From Schizochytrium sp. TIO01 (taxonomy: Eukaryota; Protista; Bigyra: Labyrinthulomycetes): a DNA stretch of 64,000 nt. Below the pieces are notes generated by a model, which was not told the origin of the DNA, did no database searches, and saw only the letters and a list, made by a program, of their open reading frames with translations. Positions 22,801 to 32,645 of the stretch are shown in pieces. The stretch is taken from NCBI GenBank assembly GCA_004764695.1, contig SMSO01000005.1, positions 1,054,001 to 1,118,000 of the forward strand, given 5' to 3'. A program made the position numbers and the translations under genes. How positions within the stretch are numbered: the stretch's first letter is position 1; each line of letters opens with the position of its first letter.

Positions 22801-25800
22801 AGAGGAGGCAGAGATGTCCGTGGAAGAACTCCGCCGCAAGTATGGTCTTGCCGGTGAGACTCGGAGCAGTCCTGCACCATCTAAGTCGAATCTTATGTCG
22901 ACTCTAATGAGTAATCAGGATGAAGGCGGAGATGATGATGACGATGAAGAGTTCAACTTTGAAGAAGAAGAGGATGAAGAAGAAACGATGGAGCAAGAAG
23001 GAGAACCTGATGAAGCTGAAGCAAAAAGGGAGCTCGCTGATTTGGAGCTGGAGGCCAATCTGAGCCGCGAGGAACTAATGCGGCGTTATGGCTATTCTTT
23101 GTCTGAAAGCGACGAAGAGGCTGATATCGGGCGTTCTCGTGGCGAATGCGAAGGGCAGGAAAGGAATAAAGGTAACAACGGCCTTGTAACATCTAGTGCT
23201 GCACAACCGCCACAACATGATACTGATGGCCAGATCCGCTTCCAGGTTCCTTTCCTCATGGAAAAGGACCTCATGCTTCGCGAGTACCAGCGCCTTGGAC
23301 TGGATTGGCTAGTGTCCATGTGTGAGCGCCGTTTGAATGGTATCCTTGCGGATGAGATGGGTCTTGGCAAAACTGTCCAGACAATTTCCTTATTAGCACA
23401 CTTGGCTGCTGAGCGAGGTATTTGGGGTCCGCACTTGATTATTGTCCCAACTAGTGTGCTGCTGAATTGGGAGATGGAGTTTAAGAAGTTTTGCCCTGCT
23501 TTTAAAGTTCTAACGTATTATGGAACAACCAAAGAGCGCAAAGCAAAACGTGTTGGGTGGACTCAACCAAATGCCTTTCATGCCTGCATTACTTCATACC
23601 AACTGGCAGTCCAAGATGCTCACATTCTGCGACGGAAGAAATGGTTTTACATGATTCTTGATGAAGCGCACAACATCAAGAACTTTAGGTCCCAACGCTG
23701 GCAGACTCTACTCACCTTCAACACCAAACGCCGTCTCTTACTGACTGGTACACCTTTGCAAAACTCCCTCATGGAATTATGGTCGCTCATGCATTTTCTA
23801 ATGCCGCATATTTTCCGCTCACAAACTGAATTCAAGTATTGGTTCTCGAATCCTCTGAATGCAGTAGTGGAGGGTCGAGGTAAAGCCTCTGCTGCGCAGG
23901 CCGCACTTGCTAGGCAGGAGCAGGATCGGCACAATGCAAAAGTGATCAAACGGCTGCATACCGTCATTCGTCCTTTTCTTTTGCGTCGTCTTAAAGCAGA
24001 TGTAGCAACTCAATTGCCGGGAAAGTACGAACACATTGTTCGTGTTCCCTTATCGAGGCGTCAACGATTTCTTTACGAGGACTTCATCTCGCGAAGCTCG
24101 ACGCGTAAAGCACTGACTAGTGGTGGATATCTCGGCATGATGGCAATTCTCATGAAGCTTCGCATGGTATGCAACCACCCAGACATCTTTGAGCCTCGCG
24201 TCATTGAATCACCCTTTGCGATGGAACCTCTTGCTATTGAGGCTGCTGCGTGTACTTTAGGTATTCGCAAGCAAATTGGAGCTTCATTCTGTGGAAGCAA
24301 TCCGGTGGCTGGCTTGGAACTTGACATCGGAGGTCCATTCGGACTAGCGACACGCGAAGCAGGGCACATCCCTGGCTTGCTTAGAACATTATGGCAAGTT
24401 GATCGAGTTGCTCAGCTTCGTCCACCAAAGAAGGCACTGATTGAAGTTCTTTCTTCTGAGGAGTTTGATGTGCACGACGATCGCCTCGATTCAATGGAAC
24501 TCTCGTCTGAAGCACAAGCTGCTGTGGATGTAGAACGTAAACGTATGCGGGAAGAAAACTTGGTGGAGCGTGTAGCCATCGCTGAATGCGCAGATCGTCG
24601 CATGAATAACGTTGAACGGTTAGGCCCTGTGTACGGTGAAGATCTTCGACGCGCAGTAACCATTGGGCCAGCGCCAGGGGCCTACAATGCATGCTTTGCT
24701 TCTCAATGGCTTAGACAACACGACAGGGCAGATTTGGCCACGCCCAACGCACTTCGTAATTGCGCACCTCTGGTTTCTGAACGAGTTGCTCGCCTGCGCC
24801 CTGTATTGGAACATTTTGTTTTTGCTACACCACCTGCCATTGTCGCAACCCCTGTGATCAAATACACGGGACGATGGTCGAAAGATAGTCTAAATACCCT
24901 CCAAGAGGCGCGAAACTTTGCAAAAGAAACAGAGCGCCTTGTCCGTGCAATTAATTCTCCGGATCCGACTAGTGTTTTCAGCGCGGCAGTCTTACACCCT
25001 GCGGCAGTACGACTCAAACTATCTTTCCCGGACAAAATGCTGGTCCAGTATGATTGTGGCAAACTACAATATCTTGCAGCGAAGCTTCGAGATCTCAAAG
25101 CTGGAGGTCATCGCGTTCTTATATTTACACAAATGACAAAGATGCTTGATATTCTTGAACTCTTTCTTAATATCCACGGACATGTCTATTTTCGCCTGGA
25201 CGGCGCCACAAAAGTCGACGCAAGACAGCGGATGATGGAGAAGTTCAATCGCGATCCGCGCATATTTGCTTTTATTCTTAGCACTCGAAGTGGAGGCCTG
25301 GGTATTAACCTGACGGGTGCTGACACTGTAATTTTCTATGATTCAGACTGGAACCCTAGCATGGATGCCCAGGCGCAAGATCGTGCTCATCGTATTGGCC
25401 AGACACGTGATGTTCACATTTATCGTCTCATTAGTGAGCACACAATTGAGGAAAATATCTTGATTAAAGCAAATCAAAAGCGTGAGCTCAATAAACTTTC
25501 GGTGGAAGATGGAAATTTCACGGTGAGCTCATTCCTTTCCAATGGAGGGCAGGTGAAAGATCTTTTGGGTATTGCAAATAATGGTGACAATGAAGAAGGT
25601 GGTGCACCTTTTCTTGATGATCAGGCACCCCTTGCACAGGATGAAATTGAAAGAGCGATGGCGGATGTCGAGGATGAGTCTGATAAGGCAGCAGCTGCTC
25701 GAGCTCAGCAAGAAGCGCAAGACGACCTAGATGAATTTGATGAATCAAAACCGTACCAAGCGCCTGTTGCTCCTTCCACCACAGGTGGTTCTAGCCGTGC

Positions 25801-28800
25801 TCCGTCACCCACGCCAAGCACTGCTGCAGACTCCAAAGCAGGTGGTGACGGTCCTGGTGAGGATGTAGTGGAAGGTGAAACAGAAGATGGTGGTGAAAAT
25901 GGAGGTGTCGAATCTGCAGAAGCGGGCATGACTCAAGATCAACTTAAGGAGATTGAAGCAAGGTTAGAAAAAGTTGAACGCTTAGCCATCACCTTTCGCA
26001 TGTACTGGTTTCCCGTCGTAGATACTCTCTCTGCACGTCTTGAAATGCAAGCCATGGAAGAGGCACAACAACAGACCTGGGAAATGGAAAAGCTGGAGGC
26101 CGAGCGGGAGGAAATGGAAGACGATGCAGAGGAGGAGCTCATAATGGCAACTGATGGAAGTAAATTTGATGTTAGCTCTTACCATGCTGCGAAAAATGCA
26201 ATTACAAACGCAAAGCGCATTCGTTTGATGACTGGTAAAGACTGGCACGAATATAAAACCCCCTTTGGCCGTGCATATTATCATAATCGGGAGACAATGG
26301 AGACAACCTGGGAGCAGCCAGCTATTCTCCGAGCTATGCATAATATTAAGCAAGCTCGTCGTCATGGTTGGTCTCGTTTGGTTCCAGATGTCCTAGTACG
26401 CGTTATGCACTTTTTGGAGTCTCCCGAGGAACGGTTCAACGTAGGGCGAGCTTGTAAACGGTGGCTGCGTGCTTCTCGACACCCAACATTGCATATTTGG
26501 GTTTCAAATGTTTCTGATGTATTGCAAGCAGAGAATGTGACAAACGCTCCCTTTCTGAAAGATTGGATTAGCGTTGGCACTCAGGTTGAAACGTTGTATC
26601 AGTCTGGTGAGATTTGGTACCCTGGTATTGTTACTGATGTGGCATCTGACGGGACCTACGAAGTGACTTACACTGATGGGTTTGTGGAGCCAGGTTTGCG
26701 AAGATCGATGATGCGAGTTGACTCCGGAATTCGCTACAACTTTATCAATCCAGAAGATGAAGCTACAAGCCCGTACGGCGTATACAGTAAACATCATGTT
26801 GGCCGCCTTGGCCTGGGCCCGCGCTTACCAGACCCTAAGCAAGTAAACACTCTGGAGGAAGCCCTTTCGCTTGCCAAGCCTGGTCAAGTTATTGTACTGC
26901 GTGCTGGTCTTCACCGTGCAAATACAAGCAAACTCTCTATCAAACGTTGTGTTCGCATTGTAGGAGAAAGATTTTTTGCAGAAGCTTCTGGTATCCGAAG
27001 CCGTGCAATGGCAGTATACGCGATGTTACCTTCGTCTCCTGCTGGTTTAACTCGGGCTCGGGCTCGGTCCTCTTCATCAGGCAGTGCAGATCTTGGTCCT
27101 GATCTTACAACAACTATGACTGCAAGCCCAACCAATGCCCTGGAGTCTAGCTCCTCTACAGTCATTCGATTGAAGCGACAGCTATCAGCATCATCTCTTG
27201 CGGACATAAAGAGACAACCTAAACAGCCTCCTGCCGTGGAAGTCATCGGCGTAGAAAGTACAGATAATGACTGCCTTGAGCTCCGACGAAGCATGCAAAC
27301 CTTAGAAGAAAAGGCTTGCGAAGACGATGTACAGGTGCGCTCACCCGTAGCTGAAGCGAACCGCAAGATGGACAAACACATAATGTGGGCGCACCCCCAG
27401 CAGACTGCAATTGAATGTTCAAGCTGTTCGGCCTTAACTCTTGATGTTGAGGGTCAGATAATGATCCAAGGCATCGTCGTGATGCAAGAGCGTGCTCTGA
27501 TGAAACCCGAGGTGAAACCTTTCAGCAGCGTTTGCATCTCGGGCAAGACCCAAGCCATGTTTGCGGATTGTACAATCTCCCATATGTTTGGGTTTGGCAG
27601 TGCAGTTTCTGTGTGCAGTGATGATGTTGTGGCATTCTTTTTGCGAAGCACTGTGTGCAGTGCGTCTGCATATGGACTCTTCCAGGACCATGGAGCTCTG
27701 GTAATGATAGCTTCTGAAGTTTGTAACAATGGGCTAAGCGGCATTGGGATTAAGGAGGGACTTCTCCTGGTGGAAAGGTCACGTATTCACGGTAATGGTG
27801 AGTCCGCTGTTGATATTCTCGGTGCAAGCTCTGTAGTGCGTTTACAAGGTAATGATTTGCGTAAAAACGGTGACCGGCCCATTCACTTTACCGTAGATAT
27901 GGCAGAAGATCTTTTGAGCATTTCCAATAATCTTCTTGGAGATAAAGAGCGACGATTTCGTGGAGAAGATCCATGGGTTTCCGCTGCAGACCGCTTGAAA
28001 GAATGGCGTGCGGGTCTTTCTCAACGCATGAAACGCAAAGTAGCAGACGAGCGCAAAGCACGGCGAGCTGCCGCTGCACAGGCGAAAGTATATGCACGCA
28101 TGCATTTGGAGCTCCATGCGCGTTTGAATGCTCGCCCGAAACGTAAATCAGCCCCCACGGACCTCTCGGAATCTGTTCTTGCTGGAAGAACTGGAGGTGA
28201 CGACCCGTTGGCAAAGAAACGAAAGAAGACGAGTTTGGGTGAGCAATCGTTAACTGAAGACGGCGCTGAATCTGGACAACAGAATGGATCTGAGCTGGTA
28301 ACAAGTGACGAGAAAGATGCCCAAGAAGATCTGCAATCCGTGGAATCCAGAAAGAAGACCTCTGCTAAAGATAGCCATAAGACAACGCAGACTGAAGAAG
28401 AAGGCAAGGGGTTAGAAGCTACCTCAAGCCCTAAAACGAGTTCGCTTGCTCTTTCTTCTACAAGCAGTGCTGAAGTCGAGAAAGACTTGGAGAATGAAAC
28501 CCAGAAGACTGAGTTGAAGACAAAGACACCTATGGAGGGGGACACCAAAGATGATGGCTTGTCAGAAAGAAAGATTCTGTCAACAGAAGATGAATGCTCT
28601 GCAATTCACAAAGAAAACAAGAAAAACGAGCCTGAATCATTGGCGCCACCAAAGAAGTCAATGCGCACAAAGAAGGAGGGAGACGATAGTAAGGAGCCCA
28701 GTCAAAGCCTGCCAAGATCGTCGAAGAAGAGGAAGGTTGGGTCTCCCGTGAAAGAAAAGGATACCAATGAGGAAGAAGATGAAGTGAAATCCATTTCAAA

Positions 28801-29830
28801 GGAGGCAAACCCGAGTATGGAAGGAAAAGGAGAGGAGAAGAGGAGTAAAACCAAGTCAAAGAAACGGAACAAGGCACAAGCGTCTTCCACAAAAAATAAA
28901 GAAAGTAACGAGGACAAGGATAAAGATTTATCCAACTCTACTAGGCAGTCGCTAAAAGAAAAGACTCTTACTGAAAACAATGCGAAGCAAAAAGTTTTGA
29001 GTAAGGAACCTCTGACTAAAGAGAGCGGAGATGGGTCCAAGGGGAAGAGGAATTCTGTAAAGGGGAAAACGAAAACACAGTTTGCTGAAGATAAAGGAGA
29101 GCCAAATCACGACGAAAGTAGCGCCACACTTGAGACCATTGGAGCGGATGACGCCACAAATCTAACTGAGGGCCAGACCAAGTCTGAGTCCAAGGGTGAA
29201 GAAGGTGCTACAACGTCTGTACCAAGCGGGGTAGAAGCACCAGTCACCCCAGTGCCAATCAAGCGAAAGCGAGGTCGCCCTCCAAAATCGGCTCGGGCAA
29301 CCTCGGCCACCTCATCTCGAACATCTCGTTCGATCAAGAAGGAGGCAATTGACTCAACGGAACCTGAACCGTTGTTAATTGCTTCATCTCCAGCAAAGCG
29401 AACACGGAGATCTCTTGCTGCAGCAGCTGCACTGGCGACTATTACGAAGGATGGTGATATGTCATCCGAAGCAACGTCACCAGCAAAGAAACGATTGCGG
29501 AGTTCCCCAACAAGAGCTGCTGTTGCTGCCGCTGCCGCTGCCGCTGCTGCTGCTGCGGATAATACAGCAACAGCTGAAAATTCTCAAGAAAGTGAAGCCC
29601 CTGGAGCAGACGCGCGAAGCACAACTTCTTCTCAAAAGTCTTCTTCGACCAAGAAAACCCCAGCTAAGCGAGGTCGGCCACCTTCGTCAGCATCGTCTCG
29701 CACGAATCAAGGAGCAAATTCCTCTGACGTTCGGAGCTCCATTTACACTACAAGTACAGACAAGGAAGTCCTTATTGCCCAGTCTCAAGATCGTGCAAGC
29801 CGAGCCGCGCGTCGTCGGCGGCGAGCATGA
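19892..29830 (+). CDS. SWR1: SWR1/SRCAP/PIE1-type H2A.Z-exchange chromatin remodeller ATPase with an extra C-terminal WW, F-box, Tudor, beta-helix and AT-hook region
   Basis: First ATG at 19892. HSA domain (HWAYLLQEMAWMAEDFKKER). Split SNF2 ATPase (LREYQ, NGILADEMGLGKT, LDEAHNIKNF, LLLTGTPLQN, LRMVCNHPD; after the insertion QYDCGKL, HRVLIFTQM, STRSGGLGINL, DAQAQDRAHRIGQTR). AT-hooks KRGRPP at ~29267 and ~29666. Confidence 0.95.
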   Translation: MAPATSGPEFADAGPNTESATTSTSTITTSTTAIRTGKSASESKVKDKDEYDTRGKNDEHIKITKRNSDGGATEEDSTKITAEESAGKRAKDKVNAKDSESRSGADDDAKPDSEDIVKIKAENNHGDGGPKDNVNGEEDNDTMDKGSREEAEKVDVEKLQQLDLEKLDVTELVRYKDMAQRRIHELAPVSTQRIGKTQDDVRMNTAHWAYLLQEMAWMAEDFKKERGWKQKQQKIIVKSALRQREKMFNKDLQNSIVMRKTAKKICAKVAREVRTFWEKVDRIVVYKYKTEFYARQQAAMDKHLNFLVDQTERYSNLLATKLRHEAQEDERRYIAKSPASSRTGFASERSDEGEEESGDDQDHEEDEDEDEDYGDRSVPSSQASSAGDALVDDQSSAPSQTYSSGRGRSQRRRRRTTAGFLENRSDDGHDQRENIKDDEYEIKARDSDAESRESFTSMLYKNSYKRPRPRGRGTHHSAANIRDSDEDEEEDWEESDAENAQDDETTIEKTGEGTAEDNALELEALRRESEMSREELLRLYGYPQEIAATSSTAVMLDSRVRKHGKDKQSDASGDEDNSDENEDLDWEGDEEEDNEETLDAEGEPSRQVLDSELDQLKAEGEMSLEELRAMYGIQAQAVEEDENPISRQHQSTSSAEMSGKLPKHKPNSDDESDSDIDFVAREEEDNEETLDQEGEQTATENKQELDDLREEAEMSVEELRRKYGLADETQSNHNSDSDQDFVAEDEEDNEETLEQEGEQTATENKQELDDLREEAEMSVEELRRKYGLADETQSNHNSDSDQDFVAEDEEDNEETLEQEGEQTAMENQKELDDLKEEADMSVEELRRKYGLVDAAPSSSINAKSNKDDEMDSDQDYVALEEEDNEETLEAEGEQTATENKQELDDLQEEAEMSVEELRRKYGLADETQSNHNSDSDQDFEAEDEEDNEETLEEEGEQTATENKQELDDLKEEAEMSVEELRRKYGLAGETRSSPAPSKSNLMSTLMSNQDEGGDDDDDEEFNFEEEEDEEETMEQEGEPDEAEAKRELADLELEANLSREELMRRYGYSLSESDEEADIGRSRGECEGQERNKGNNGLVTSSAAQPPQHDTDGQIRFQVPFLMEKDLMLREYQRLGLDWLVSMCERRLNGILADEMGLGKTVQTISLLAHLAAERGIWGPHLIIVPTSVLLNWEMEFKKFCPAFKVLTYYGTTKERKAKRVGWTQPNAFHACITSYQLAVQDAHILRRKKWFYMILDEAHNIKNFRSQRWQTLLTFNTKRRLLLTGTPLQNSLMELWSLMHFLMPHIFRSQTEFKYWFSNPLNAVVEGRGKASAAQAALARQEQDRHNAKVIKRLHTVIRPFLLRRLKADVATQLPGKYEHIVRVPLSRRQRFLYEDFISRSSTRKALTSGGYLGMMAILMKLRMVCNHPDIFEPRVIESPFAMEPLAIEAAACTLGIRKQIGASFCGSNPVAGLELDIGGPFGLATREAGHIPGLLRTLWQVDRVAQLRPPKKALIEVLSSEEFDVHDDRLDSMELSSEAQAAVDVERKRMREENLVERVAIAECADRRMNNVERLGPVYGEDLRRAVTIGPAPGAYNACFASQWLRQHDRADLATPNALRNCAPLVSERVARLRPVLEHFVFATPPAIVATPVIKYTGRWSKDSLNTLQEARNFAKETERLVRAINSPDPTSVFSAAVLHPAAVRLKLSFPDKMLVQYDCGKLQYLAAKLRDLKAGGHRVLIFTQMTKMLDILELFLNIHGHVYFRLDGATKVDARQRMMEKFNRDPRIFAFILSTRSGGLGINLTGADTVIFYDSDWNPSMDAQAQDRAHRIGQTRDVHIYRLISEHTIEENILIKANQKRELNKLSVEDGNFTVSSFLSNGGQVKDLLGIANNGDNEEGGAPFLDDQAPLAQDEIERAMADVEDESDKAAAARAQQEAQDDLDEFDESKPYQAPVAPSTTGGSSRAPSPTPSTAADSKAGGDGPGEDVVEGETEDGGENGGVESAEAGMTQDQLKEIEARLEKVERLAITFRMYWFPVVDTLSARLEMQAMEEAQQQTWEMEKLEAEREEMEDDAEEELIMATDGSKFDVSSYHAAKNAITNAKRIRLMTGKDWHEYKTPFGRAYYHNRETMETTWEQPAILRAMHNIKQARRHGWSRLVPDVLVRVMHFLESPEERFNVGRACKRWLRASRHPTLHIWVSNVSDVLQAENVTNAPFLKDWISVGTQVETLYQSGEIWYPGIVTDVASDGTYEVTYTDGFVEPGLRRSMMRVDSGIRYNFINPEDEATSPYGVYSKHHVGRLGLGPRLPDPKQVNTLEEALSLAKPGQVIVLRAGLHRANTSKLSIKRCVRIVGERFFAEASGIRSRAMAVYAMLPSSPAGLTRARARSSSSGSADLGPDLTTTMTASPTNALESSSSTVIRLKRQLSASSLADIKRQPKQPPAVEVIGVESTDNDCLELRRSMQTLEEKACEDDVQVRSPVAEANRKMDKHIMWAHPQQTAIECSSCSALTLDVEGQIMIQGIVVMQERALMKPEVKPFSSVCISGKTQAMFADCTISHMFGFGSAVSVCSDDVVAFFLRSTVCSASAYGLFQDHGALVMIASEVCNNGLSGIGIKEGLLLVERSRIHGNGESAVDILGASSVVRLQGNDLRKNGDRPIHFTVDMAEDLLSISNNLLGDKERRFRGEDPWVSAADRLKEWRAGLSQRMKRKVADERKARRAAAAQAKVYARMHLELHARLNARPKRKSAPTDLSESVLAGRTGGDDPLAKKRKKTSLGEQSLTEDGAESGQQNGSELVTSDEKDAQEDLQSVESRKKTSAKDSHKTTQTEEEGKGLEATSSPKTSSLALSSTSSAEVEKDLENETQKTELKTKTPMEGDTKDDGLSERKILSTEDECSAIHKENKKNEPESLAPPKKSMRTKKEGDDSKEPSQSLPRSSKKRKVGSPVKEKDTNEEEDEVKSISKEANPSMEGKGEEKRSKTKSKKRNKAQASSTKNKESNEDKDKDLSNSTRQSLKEKTLTENNAKQKVLSKEPLTKESGDGSKGKRNSVKGKTKTQFAEDKGEPNHDESSATLETIGADDATNLTEGQTKSESKGEEGATTSVPSGVEAPVTPVPIKRKRGRPPKSARATSATSSRTSRSIKKEAIDSTEPEPLLIASSPAKRTRRSLAAAAALATITKDGDMSSEATSPAKKRLRSSPTRAAVAAAAAAAAAAADNTATAENSQESEAPGADARSTTSSQKSSSTKKTPAKRGRPPSSASSRTNQGANSSDVRSSIYTTSTDKEVLIAQSQDRASRAARRRRRA
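21395..23095 (+). repeat. Eight intragenic acidic repeats in SWR1, consensus DNEETLEQEGE..ELDDLxEEAEMSVEELRRKYG; the central copies have an exact 189-bp (63-aa) period
   Basis: Counted from the translation. Near-identical DNA units start at ~21942, ~22131 and ~22320. Confidence 0.93.
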
Positions 29831-30810
29831 GAAATGAATTGATAACTCTGGTGAAGAAAACCATCATGTATTACTGCAAAATAATGAAATCAAGACAAAT
29901 TCTATCTACTATCATAGTAGGTACTTCCATCATTTTTTCTTTTCTACAAGGTCAGTGCCTGGCCAGGTGCATGCATACATGATAAATACACTACCTAACT
30001 CTAAATAAGTTTGTGATTGTAAAACTCGGCACCTCTCCCCGCCTGCGACAAATGTGAATCAGCTGCATGATTTGAAATTAGAAATGTGCATTTGGTCAAG
30101 AGAAAAGACTTACTCTAATTCAATATAAAGCAGAAGCCATATTCGGATAAGTAAGTCTTTCTACTCGGAGTCTGGGGAAACCTCAAGTAATTAGACTTTG
30201 AGGCAGGCGCTCTTCGTTGGGGCAGCGAGACTCAAAGCCATTGCAAGATAGGGACTCGGGAGCAGAAACCTTGCGAAACCAGAATCTTTGAACACAACGA
30301 CAGCAGGAATGCATGCACCCAGCTAGGCACCTGGGTGGGTTGCGTGTAGTTTCTCAAGGTACGTACGTAGTAGGTTAGCAGGTGTCTGTCTGCCTACATT
30401 GTGGCAGATAGCTAGCTAGCTGCGTACCAAGTGTCGCTTATCCGCGCAGGTCTTTGTCCTTTCTAGCTGTTGAGCTAGTTCCTATTGCCTTAGCCATAGG
30501 TAGCACTCACTACCCAGTCTTTCAGAATCACAGATTCTTGGTAGTAGCAGCAGTGTAATAGGCTACCACACTTGTGGCTCGCGGGTGGCGTCAGATCCAG
30601 ATTTCACAAGCAAGCGCCTTTGGAGCCTTTGGAGCCTTTTCGGAGTCGTCTTCGAAGTCTTCGAAGTCTTGGTTTTGCAGAGGCTTGCTTAGCTGCCGCG
30701 AGCTCGAGACCTGCACAGAAGCACAGCATTGACAGGCAGGCAGCACAGTCAGTCGATCGTTGGCTGCTGACTTGCGAGCTTGCTGGGTTTGCCGTCAACG
30801 TAGGCGAGTA

Positions 30811-30871
30811 AGTGAGTGAATGAGTGAGTGCGTGAGTGAGTGAGTGAGTGAGTGAGTGAGTGAGTGGGTGA
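30811..30871. repeat. (GTGA)n microsatellite
   Basis: Directly visible. Confidence 0.9.
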
Positions 30872-31036
30872 GCGAGGGAGCGAGGGAGGGGTGCCAAAGC
30901 CGACCTCTTGGCCGCTCTTCATCAGCTTCTTCTACGCGGTGTCCTCCAGGCACTTCCGTAGCTTCACATCGCCGACAGTTCTGGTGCCCATCTTCCTAGC
31001 AGGTACCTGGCACAACTTGAGTGAAGCCCTCGTGCA

Positions 31037-31178
31037 ATCCATGGAATCCATGGAATCCATGGAATCCATGATTTCCATGAAATCCCATGAAATCCCATGA
31101 AATCCCATGAAATCCCATGAAATCCCATGCATGGGTCCGAATGAAATACCGTGAAATCCCATGGATCCGAATGAAATC
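31037..31178. repeat. Minisatellite: (ATGGAATCC)x3 grading into (ATGAAATCCC)x5 plus degenerate copies
   Basis: Directly visible. Confidence 0.9.
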
Positions 31179-31220
31179 AGGTGCTACCTAGCAACAAAGA
31201 GCACGAGCATAGGCCAAGTT

Positions 31221-31222
<2 letters not shown>

Positions 31223-31252
<30 letters not shown>
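31223..31252. repeat. (GCT)n microsatellite
   Basis: Directly visible. Confidence 0.9.
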
Positions 31253-31965
31253 ACTGCATTCTTCTTGATTGTTTGTTGTTGCTGCTGCTGCACTCCCACG
31301 AGTCAGTCAGACCCGACATTCTCAGATAATCACTGCAAAACAAACTATTTACTACGCCTCCATACCAATCTACAGCCTGCCTGTCTTCTTTCAAAATTAA
31401 TCGTAAGTAAACAAGAGAATCAATCATCTTTCAAAAACCATAACAACAACACTTTCATAAACTAATTTTACTTACTTATTAACAAGAAACGAAAGAGAAA
31501 AGAGCGAAGAATAGAGAGGTATTTATTTACAAATCGGTTCTTGTCTTTCGTTAACATTTGTTCTTCTATAAAAGTTTTACTACAGCACCCAAGAAGACGA
31601 AGAAGAAGACGAAGAAGAAGAAAGAAGATCTTTTTCTTCTTCTTCTAACTACGTCGCTCATTACGCACCTTCCTACTGCTTGCTTACTTACTTACCTACT
31701 TACTCATTTGCTTACCAGTGGTTAGCAAGCCACTAGCTAGCCGTCTGCTAGGACCTGCTAGCGGAGGAGAACCGGCTCGAAGGGCGGAGAAGGCTCTGGT
31801 GACGATGGTGCAGAGCCCGAGCAGAGGCGCCGCGGCCACGAGGCGGAGCGATGGCAGCAGGAGAGCGCCGAGGGATGGATGGTATGACGGCATGTGCGTG
31901 CACCGTCCGCTGCCTGCGAGCTCGCACGCTCGTGAGCGAGCCCACATGAGTTGAAGGTCAAGACG

Positions 31966-32092
31966 CAGCGGCAGCAGCGGCAGCGGCAGCGGCGGCAGCA
32001 GCGACAACAGCTGCAAGAGCGGCAACAGCGACAGCGAAAGCGACAGCGACAGCGACAGCAGCAGCGGCAACAGCGACAGCAGCAGCAGCAGC
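31966..32092. repeat. (CAGCGR)n/(CAG)n compound repeat
   Basis: Directly visible; it generates spurious low-complexity ORFs in several frames. Confidence 0.88.
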
Positions 32093-32526
32093 ACGTCAGC
32101 AGCCAGCTTGTGCCCGAAAGCGGGCGGGCTCGAGAGCAGATGGAGCTTCTCTGAGTAGGGATTCGTCTCACTCAGTCTTGAAGATACCGTGTGCCATTTT
32201 TTGATCTTTGTTTTGGCTACTTTTGGCAGAGAAGAGAACCTCGACGATACTGTTTTCGAGGTAGGCAGCACTAGCAGTAGATAGCATCTCGCTAGGCTGG
32301 GCTCTGCTGTCTATCCATCTGTCTCCAGAAACACAGCGAGTCAGCAAGCTCGCAGATCCACGGGCGGAGGGGAACAGGCGTGTGCAAGCTGGCCTCCATG
32401 TCTCCTTCTCGGCAGGCTCCAGTGCTGCTCTTCTTCTTCTTCAGGATTCATTCTCCAGGATTCATTTTACAGAATTTATTTATTTATTCATTTATTTATT
32501 CAATCTTTAATCCATTCTTTCATTTA

Positions 32527-32645
32527 TTCATTCATATTCAGTCTCCAGAATCTATTCATTCACATTCATTCGTATTCATTCTTCATTCATTCGTATTCAT
32601 TCATATTCAGTCTCCAGAATCTATTCATTCACATTCATTCATTCA
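32527..32645. repeat. ~45-bp direct duplication (TTCATTCATATTCAGTCTCCAGAATCTATTCATTCACATTCATTC) within (ATTC)n-rich DNA
   Basis: Two copies visible at ~32527 and ~32596. Confidence 0.85.

Noticed and set aside
21940-22860. CRISPR-like or mobile-element reading of the regular repeats here and at 49850-51110
   Set aside because: The repeats are in-frame coding units without unique spacers, cas genes or terminal repeats.
31696-32271. Overlapping ORFs with poly-QR, poly-CR or Leu-rich sequence
   Set aside because: By-products of the stop-free CAGCGR repeat; mostly non-ATG starts.
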